A stretch of DNA of 64,000 bases from NCBI GenBank assembly GCA_034667725.1, contig JAXDQS010000003.1, positions 1-64,000 on the forward strand, given 5' to 3'. The notes below the pieces were generated by a model, which ran no database searches, was not told where the DNA came from, and saw nothing but the letters and a program-made list of their open reading frames with translations. The position numbers and the translations under genes are program-made. Shown piece after piece: positions 57,253 to 64,000 of this stretch (its first letter is position 1; each line of letters opens with the position of its first letter). The DNA is from Thermoplasmata archaeon. Its GTDB lineage: Archaea > Thermoplasmatota > E2 > JACPAO01 > JAHFTW01.

Positions 57253-57558
57253 ATGGCCGGCCTCGTCTCCACCCTGCTCGCGAACCTGTTCCTGAGCTTC
57301 GCGGTCATGCTGCTGGTCGCCGGCCTGTTCGGCGCCTACTACGGCAAGGGCCGCAGCCGCAGCATCGGGGTCGCGGTCGCCATCCTCGCCGGCGTTTTGA
57401 TCGGCCTGTTCTGCGCCCTCACCTGGCCGCTCGTGCCAGGCCTGGAGCGCGTGTTCGACCCGCAGCTGGTGCTCACGAGCATGGCGGCGGTCGGCGGGGC
57501 GCTCTTGGGGGCGCTGGTGGCCGGCGGGCTGTACGTGTTGATCGTGGTGCGGAACTAG
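57253..57558 (+). CDS. Small membrane protein, hypothetical
   Basis: 3 TM helices; FGAYYG.G.SRSIG; starts 1 nt after the upstream stop. Confidence 0.75.
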   Translation: MAGLVSTLLANLFLSFAVMLLVAGLFGAYYGKGRSRSIGVAVAILAGVLIGLFCALTWPLVPGLERVFDPQLVLTSMAAVGGALLGALVAGGLYVLIVVRN

Positions 57559-57582
57559 CCGCTCCCGCGCACGTACCCACCC

Positions 57583-57812
57583 ACACAGATTCCACAGACC
57601 GAAACGATCGTGGGTTCTGTGGAATCTGTGTCTCGTCGGGTGCGTCGGGCCGTCCATCCAACCCACTCACCCACCCCGCCCACCCACACAGATTCCACAG
57701 ACCGAAAACGATGGTGGATCTGTGTCTAGTCGGGCGAATCGGGCTGCCCACCCACGCACCCACACAGATTCCACAGACCGAAAACGATCATGGGGTTCTG
57801 TGGAATCTGTGT
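57583..57812. repeat. Three REP-like hairpins sharing the ACACAGATTCCACAGA core
   Basis: Perfect 16-bp inverted repeats at 57583-57598/57616-57631 and 57762-57777/57797-57812; a deleted copy at 57686-57725; lies between convergent genes. Confidence 0.9.
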
Positions 57813-57832
57813 CTAGTGGGGGAGCGGGTGGC

Positions 57833-59032
<1,200 letters not shown>

Positions 59033-59261
59033 GGGGGCCCGCAGGGCGGCCCGGGGTTCAAGGTTGCGAGCGGCGGCCCGGGCTTGCCGCGACCGCAAGC
59101 GCCGCGCCATCCGTCGGCCGGATTGTATGTTCCGCAGCGAAGATTCCTGAAAAGGGGCCATTTTTTGGGCAGGTCCGCGGAAACCGTAGCCAGCGCGTCG
59201 GGCAAAGGAGTCCCGCGACCACAAATCTTTAAGTTGCCCCACAGGTGAGCGGTCGGTCGGC

Positions 59262-60254
59262 ATGGCAGAAACCTATCAGGTCCCCGTAGAACAGCTCGCC
59301 CGCTTCAAGCGGACCCATGACCACTTCAAGAAGATCGTCAACCAAGAGGTCGTCGGCTACGACGACGTCGTGACGGACCTCCTGATCGGCCTGCTCGGCA
59401 AGGGCCACGTCCTCTTGGAGGGCGTCCCCGGCACCGCCAAGACCACCACGGCCAAGTCGTTCAGCAACACCCTCGGCCTGTCGTTCAAGCGCCTCCAGTT
59501 CACCCAGGACCTGATGCCGCAGGACATCACCGGCTACAACATGCTGAACCCGGTGACCAAGAAGTTCGAGCTCCGCAAGGGCCCGGTCTTCACCAACTTC
59601 CTGCTGGCCGACGAGATCAACCGCGCCCCGCCCAAGACCCAGTCCGCCATGCTGGAGACCATGGAGGAGCGCCAGGTGTCCATCGAGGGCACGACGTTCC
59701 CCATGGACAGCCCGTTCATCGTGGTCGCCACCATGAACCCGGTCGACTCGGAGGGCGTGTACCGCCTGCCCGAGGCCCAGAAGGACCGCTTCATGATCCG
59801 CACCATCATGCACTACGTGGCCCCCGAGCTCGAGGAGCGCATGATCAAGATCAAGATCGCCGGCGGCAAGCTCAGCGCCGCCGACGGCTCCGACGGCGGC
59901 CGCCTCAAGATCGACTCGATCCGCGAGGGCATGAAGATGCGCGAGAAGATCTACATGGGCGACGAGACCGTCCGCTACCTCCAGCGCGTCGCGGCGGCCA
60001 CCCGCAACCACCCGGACATCCGCGTCGGCGCCTCGCCCCGCAGCATGACCCAGATGCTCAACGCCAGCCAGGCCTACGCCCTCATCTCGGGCCGCCCCTT
60101 CGTGCTGCCCTCCGATGTCAAGTACATCACGCCCAAGGTGCTCGGCCACCGCCTCATCATGAAGGTCGAGGCCGAGGCCAAGGGCAAGACCACGACGGAG
60201 ATCGTGAAGGAAGTCCTGGCCGCCATCCCTGAGCCCAAGGTCCTCGTGAAGTAG
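59262..60254 (+). CDS. moxR: MoxR-family AAA+ ATPase
   Basis: [54 protein letters not shown]. Confidence 0.95.
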   Translation: MAETYQVPVEQLARFKRTHDHFKKIVNQEVVGYDDVVTDLLIGLLGKGHVLLEGVPGTAKTTTAKSFSNTLGLSFKRLQFTQDLMPQDITGYNMLNPVTKKFELRKGPVFTNFLLADEINRAPPKTQSAMLETMEERQVSIEGTTFPMDSPFIVVATMNPVDSEGVYRLPEAQKDRFMIRTIMHYVAPELEERMIKIKIAGGKLSAADGSDGGRLKIDSIREGMKMREKIYMGDETVRYLQRVAAATRNHPDIRVGASPRSMTQMLNASQAYALISGRPFVLPSDVKYITPKVLGHRLIMKVEAEAKGKTTTEIVKEVLAAIPEPKVLVK

Positions 60255-60262
60255 GCGTCCCC

Positions 60263-62011
60263 ATGGACGAACCCACGCCTGACCCGACGCCGACCGGCCC
60301 GAAGCGGGTCATCGGGGGCCGCCCCGAGCTGCCGAAGGTCATCGGGCGCCCCGCCGTCGAGCCCAAGACCTTCAAGCCCGCCCCCATCCCCGCCGCCGGC
60401 GAAGCCGCGGCGACGTTCGAGGAGGTCGGCGAGGACGGCCAGCCCCTGGCACCCCTTGAGGGTCCCGCCCGCGTCACCGGCATGACGGTCGTGCCCGGCT
60501 CGCCCCGGCCGGCCGAGTCGGTCGACTTCGAGCACGCCTGCTGCAAGGCCGTCCGGCAGAACCCGGACGACCCCGACCCGCTCGGCTCCCCCGGCGAGCC
60601 CCAGCAGGAGCTCAAGAAGACCGAGCCGTTCCTCACCTGGCAGGGCCCCCTCAAGCCCACGGCCCGGTTCGGCATCGTGGCGGCCGTCGGCGGCGTCCTG
60701 TGCGCCGTCGCCGCCGTCCTGGGCGCCAGCGGCCTCGTGGTCGCGGCCCTCGCCACCAGCGCCGCCACCGCCTTGGTGCTGCTCTACATCATCGTGAGCG
60801 GCCTCGTCGCCTCCAGCGCCACCAAGCGCATCGCCATCCTGGCGACCCGCCACATCGTGGACCCCAAGCTGGAGCGCGGCAAGCTGTTCCACGCCACCCT
60901 CGACACCAGCGGCTCCGTCATCCCCGGCGCCGTCCGGGTCGAGATCACGGACCAGGTCGCCCCCGGCCTGCGCCCCGTCGAGCGCCCGCTTCTGACCGGC
61001 CCCGGGCGCGTCACGTACAAGGTCCGCCCCCAGGGCCGCGGCCTCCTGACGTTCGCCGGCCTCGACGTCGCCGTCACCTCGCGCGACGGCATGTGGGTCT
61101 CCGACCAGCAGTGGCAGCTCCGGACCACCGTCGAGGTCGAGTCCAGCACGGCCGGTGTGATGTGGAAGGCGCTCGTCACCGGCTACATCCCGTTCGACCA
61201 GTCGATGCCCAGCGCCATCGTCAAGCTCTACCGCGACATCGAGACCGAGGTCGTGCGCGAGATGGCCGCCGGCGACAAGATGCGCGACGTCAACTGGAAG
61301 TACTTCGCCCGGATGGGCAAGATGATCGTCCGCCAGCGCACCACCGAGGGCGAGACCACCATCCTGCTCGCCATCGACTGCACCCAGACGATGCTCATGG
61401 ACCAGGCCGGCTACCGCAACCTCGACATGGCCGTCGAGATCGCGCACGAGATGGCCGAGGCCGGGCTGCGGCGCAACCACGAGTGCGGCATCCTCGCCTT
61501 CAACGAGGCGCGCATCCTCGACCACGTGCGCCCCACCCGCGCCAAGATCCAGATCAAGCGCATCACCAAGCACCTCCAGAACCTCGCCAACCACCACCTC
61601 CCGGAGGAGGGCGAGGACCCCGTGGAGATCCTCATCGCCGGCGACCCGGAGAACCTGCGCCTCGGCATGGGCCAAGGCTTCAAGCAGCGCAACACCGCCA
61701 GCCTGACAATGATCTTCTTCACCGACCTGCAGGGCACGCCCGACGAGGTCATCCAGACCGTCAGCAAGGCCGCCCAGTCCGGCACCCGCGTCGTGATCAT
61801 GCTGCTGCCCGGCCCCAAGCTCAAGCCCGTGGCCGGCGGCAAGAAGGCCATCGACTACACGCTGCGCAGCGTCGCGCACACCAACAAGATGCGCGAGCTC
61901 TTGATCGCCAACGGCTGCGAGTTCACCGAGGTCAACCCGACCCCGGACGACTTCAAGCTCGAGGCGGAGCTGCCGGAAGGGTTCGAGGACCAGGCCGAGG
62001 CGCAGGCGTAG
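60263..62011 (+). CDS. DUF58-family membrane protein (MoxR partner, vWA-like)
   Basis: VRE...GD.MRDVNWKYFAR.GK.IVR, AIDCTQTM, FFTDL; two TM helices; follows moxR. Confidence 0.85.
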   Translation: MDEPTPDPTPTGPKRVIGGRPELPKVIGRPAVEPKTFKPAPIPAAGEAAATFEEVGEDGQPLAPLEGPARVTGMTVVPGSPRPAESVDFEHACCKAVRQNPDDPDPLGSPGEPQQELKKTEPFLTWQGPLKPTARFGIVAAVGGVLCAVAAVLGASGLVVAALATSAATALVLLYIIVSGLVASSATKRIAILATRHIVDPKLERGKLFHATLDTSGSVIPGAVRVEITDQVAPGLRPVERPLLTGPGRVTYKVRPQGRGLLTFAGLDVAVTSRDGMWVSDQQWQLRTTVEVESSTAGVMWKALVTGYIPFDQSMPSAIVKLYRDIETEVVREMAAGDKMRDVNWKYFARMGKMIVRQRTTEGETTILLAIDCTQTMLMDQAGYRNLDMAVEIAHEMAEAGLRRNHECGILAFNEARILDHVRPTRAKIQIKRITKHLQNLANHHLPEEGEDPVEILIAGDPENLRLGMGQGFKQRNTASLTMIFFTDLQGTPDEVIQTVSKAAQSGTRVVIMLLPGPKLKPVAGGKKAIDYTLRSVAHTNKMRELLIANGCEFTEVNPTPDDFKLEAELPEGFEDQAEAQA

Positions 62012-62040
62012 CCGCTCCCACGGGCCGCAGAACCCGGGAT

Positions 62041-62137
62041 CACACGAATTCCACGAACGAAGATTCCACAGACCCGGACTTTTGGAGCGGGCGGGGCCAG
62101 GAACAAAATTCCATGATTTCTGTGGGAATCTTCCGAA
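62041..62137 (-). repeat. Composite REP-like element homologous to 8320-8397
   Basis: Reverse complement TTCGGAAGATTCCCACAGAAATCATGGAATTTTGTTCCTGGCCCCGCC..CCAAAAGTCCGGGTCTGTGGAATCT aligns by eye with 8320-8397; lies between convergent genes. Confidence 0.8.
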
Positions 62138-62188
62138 ATTGCCGCATTTGTCCAAGCGGGGAGAAGGGGAGAAGTCGGGCGCTCCGGC

Positions 62189-62662
62189 CTACGTCTGGCA
62201 CACGGTCCCGGTCGCGGCGCCCTGCACCGTCAGGATGGCCGTCTGGGCCTGTCCATTGTTGACATGGTCGCAGTGGGGCGAGGTGGAGGCGATCTCGAAG
62301 TCCACGCCGTCGCTGCAGGTGGTCTGGAGGCTGCCGATGGGGACGTTGGGGCAGTTCAGCGAGTAGTGCCCGCCGCTGGCCTGCGCGTCCAGGCCGAGGC
62401 CCGGGATGAGCGTCGAGGCGAACAGGTCGTACGAAATCGCGTAACAGAACTCGCCGCTGGGCACGGTGGTCCCGCGCGAGGTACAGTAGGCGTTGGTCTG
62501 GCGCGAGATCACGATGGTGACGGTGACGCACAGCAGCGGCAGCACGCCGTCGACGGGGGCGCACATGCCGTCGGTCTTGACCACGGCGGTCGCGGGCGGC
62601 ACCATGACGATCAGCAGCGATACGACCGCCGCGGCGGCGAATGTCTTTTTGGGGGCAATCAT
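62189..62662 (-). CDS. Secreted cysteine-rich hypothetical protein (157 aa)
   Basis: MIAPKKTFAAAAVVSLLIVMVPPATA signal peptide; 8 Cys in the mature part. Confidence 0.7.
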   Translation of the reverse strand: MIAPKKTFAAAAVVSLLIVMVPPATAVVKTDGMCAPVDGVLPLLCVTVTIVISRQTNAYCTSRGTTVPSGEFCYAISYDLFASTLIPGLGLDAQASGGHYSLNCPNVPIGSLQTTCSDGVDFEIASTSPHCDHVNNGQAQTAILTVQGAATGTVCQT

Positions 62663-62736
62663 GGGTTTCACATGCCGGCGGACCGGCCGCCCGAAAGAGG
62701 AAGCCCGGCGCATCAGCCTTGTGGCCGATCGGGGCC

Positions 62737-63135
62737 TCATGGGACATAACCTGGGCACAGGCAGCCCTTCACCTTGCACGGTCCCATGCCCATGGCGCCG
62801 CGCCGGTTGCCGGTGAAGTGGGCCTCGCTGGCGGAGGAGCGGGCGTGGCCGCAGCCCGACCGCTGGCAGCGCTGCCCTGGCCCCATCGCGGTGCGCCGCC
62901 GCGGCGGCGCGCACGCGCTGGGGGCCTCGTGGCGCTGCGCCTCGCGCCAGGGCTCGGCGAAGCCGCCGTGGCGCCGTGCGACGGCGTGCGCTTCCTGGAG
63001 GGCGCGGAACGGCTGGGCGATGCCGAGGCAGGCGGTCCAGACGTCGCGGCCGTGGTCGCTGCAGTAGAGCCGGTCGCCGGGGCGCAGCTCGAGGACGGCG
63101 ACGTAGGCGTCGGCGGGGAGGTCGAGGGCGGGCAC
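62737..63135 (-). CDS. Hypothetical protein with C-terminal Cys/His (Zn-finger-like) motif
   Basis: GTG 63135 (uncertain); tail CQRSGCGH...H...GPCKVKGCLCPGY. Confidence 0.45.
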   Translation of the reverse strand: MPALDLPADAYVAVLELRPGDRLYCSDHGRDVWTACLGIAQPFRALQEAHAVARRHGGFAEPWREAQRHEAPSACAPPRRRTAMGPGQRCQRSGCGHARSSASEAHFTGNRRGAMGMGPCKVKGCLCPGYVP

Positions 63136-63216
63136 GGTTTCCTCATGAGCGGGCAAAGGTCTTGCGGGTTTGGCGGAGGACGGCGAAGCCTTCACACGCC
63201 TCCTGCATGGCGGCTT

Positions 63217-63897
63217 GTGGCTGGCGCCGAACCCAAGGACCGCCTCGTGGACGCCTGCGACGCCCTGGCGAGCCCCACCCGGATCGCGCTGCTGCGGCAA
63301 CTGCGCATCCCGCAGTCGCTCGCCAACATCGAGGTGCGGCCGGCGGAGGGCGGCGAGCGCAACATCGCGCGCCAGGTCGTGCGCCGCCACCTCGACCGCC
63401 TGATGGAGGCCGGCCTGGTGCGCAGCCGCCCAGGCCCGACGCCGCGCTCGCTCGAGTTCGTGCTCGACAACCAAGCCATTTACGCCGTCGCCGAGGGCCT
63501 CTTGGACCTCGCGCGGCTGCGGCCCGCCGTCGAGCCGTCCGCGCCCACCATCCTCGCCAGCCCGCCGTCGCGGCCCGTCCACGAGGGCCCTATGCTGCTC
63601 CTGGTGCGCGGCCTGGAGCCCGGCACGCCCTACCCGCTGGGCGAGCCCGGCGCCACCGGCGGCTGGGTCATCGGGCGCCGCCGCAGCCACGCCGTGGCGC
63701 TCGACTTCGACCCGTTCGTCAGCTCCGACAACGCCCGCCTGACCCGGCAGGGCCCGGCCGTCGCCATCGAGGACATCCCCGGCAGCCGCAACGGCACCAC
63801 GGTCAACTTCCGCCGGCTCGCGCCCGACGAGCGCGTGGTGCTGCGCCACGGCGACGTGGTGGGCGTCGGCCGCAGCCTGCTCCTCTACCGGGCGTGA
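63217..63897 (+). CDS. ArsR-like HTH plus FHA domain regulator
   Basis: ALASPTRIALLRQL..VRRHLDRL..AGLV; FHA motifs IGRR, D.FVS..NA, D..GSRNGTTVN, L.HGD.V.VG; start uncertain. Confidence 0.85.
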   Translation: MAGAEPKDRLVDACDALASPTRIALLRQLRIPQSLANIEVRPAEGGERNIARQVVRRHLDRLMEAGLVRSRPGPTPRSLEFVLDNQAIYAVAEGLLDLARLRPAVEPSAPTILASPPSRPVHEGPMLLLVRGLEPGTPYPLGEPGATGGWVIGRRRSHAVALDFDPFVSSDNARLTRQGPAVAIEDIPGSRNGTTVNFRRLAPDERVVLRHGDVVGVGRSLLLYRA

Positions 63898-64000
63898 GCC
63901 GTCCAGGCCGCCAGCATCTCGCCCCCGTCCTCGAAGCGGCGCGCCGGGTCGGGGCTCTGCGCCCGCGCCACCACGCGCTGCAGCGGACGCGGCAGCGACG
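63885..64000 (-). CDS. C-terminus of a probable Ser/Thr protein kinase (truncated by window edge)
   Basis: Minus strand ...SLPRPLQRVVARAQSPDPARRFEDGGEMLAAWTAHAR* resembles kinase subdomain XI; convergent with the FHA gene. Confidence 0.6.
   Translation of the reverse strand, partial: SLPRPLQRVVARAQSPDPARRFEDGGEMLAAWTAHAR

Noticed and set aside
59033-59263. 77-aa N-terminal extension of PGK in the ORF track (similar extensions for tyrS, gap, rps7)
   Set aside because: Homology starts near GTG 59032, and the extension spans the divergent promoter region.

Overview
Very GC-rich archaeal chromosomal segment. Archaeal-type uS12, uS7, EF-2, TyrRS, type II GAPDH, archease and class III prepilins identify an archaeon. 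The proteins are not haloarchaeal-acidic, so a high-GC Thermoplasmatota lineage is my best guess (inference). Housekeeping genes (rps12, rps7, fusA, gap, truA, tyrS, cyclophilin, mutY, pgk, moxR/DUF58) are interleaved with a large cell-surface repertoire: three tandem PKD/thrombospondin-3 proteins (10-17 kb), a type IV pilus-like operon with five prepilin-like genes and an A24 peptidase (20-29 kb), a cytochrome c maturation/thiol-redox cluster (36-41.6 kb), and four large NIDO-like/Ig/PKD adhesins (41.7-55.6 kb). The most unusual signals are: (1) a dispersed family of palindromic GATTC/GAATC-rich intergenic repeats (REP/BIME-like) at four loci, always at gene 3' ends and including a composite module shared between two loci 54 kb apart; (2) an apparently circularly permuted Omp28/thioredoxin-like protein coupled to ccmF; (3) prepilins that all have acidic instead of basic class III cleavage sites, led by a KaiC/RAD55-like protein lacking its Walker A lysine; (4) TTCAAG/CTTGAA hexamers in the TATA position of apparently leaderless genes, plus a symmetric bidirectional TATA that points to an unannotated 31-aa membrane peptide. 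No rRNA, tRNA, transposase, integrase or CRISPR-cas was recognised. All family assignments come from motif recognition by eye, not database searches.
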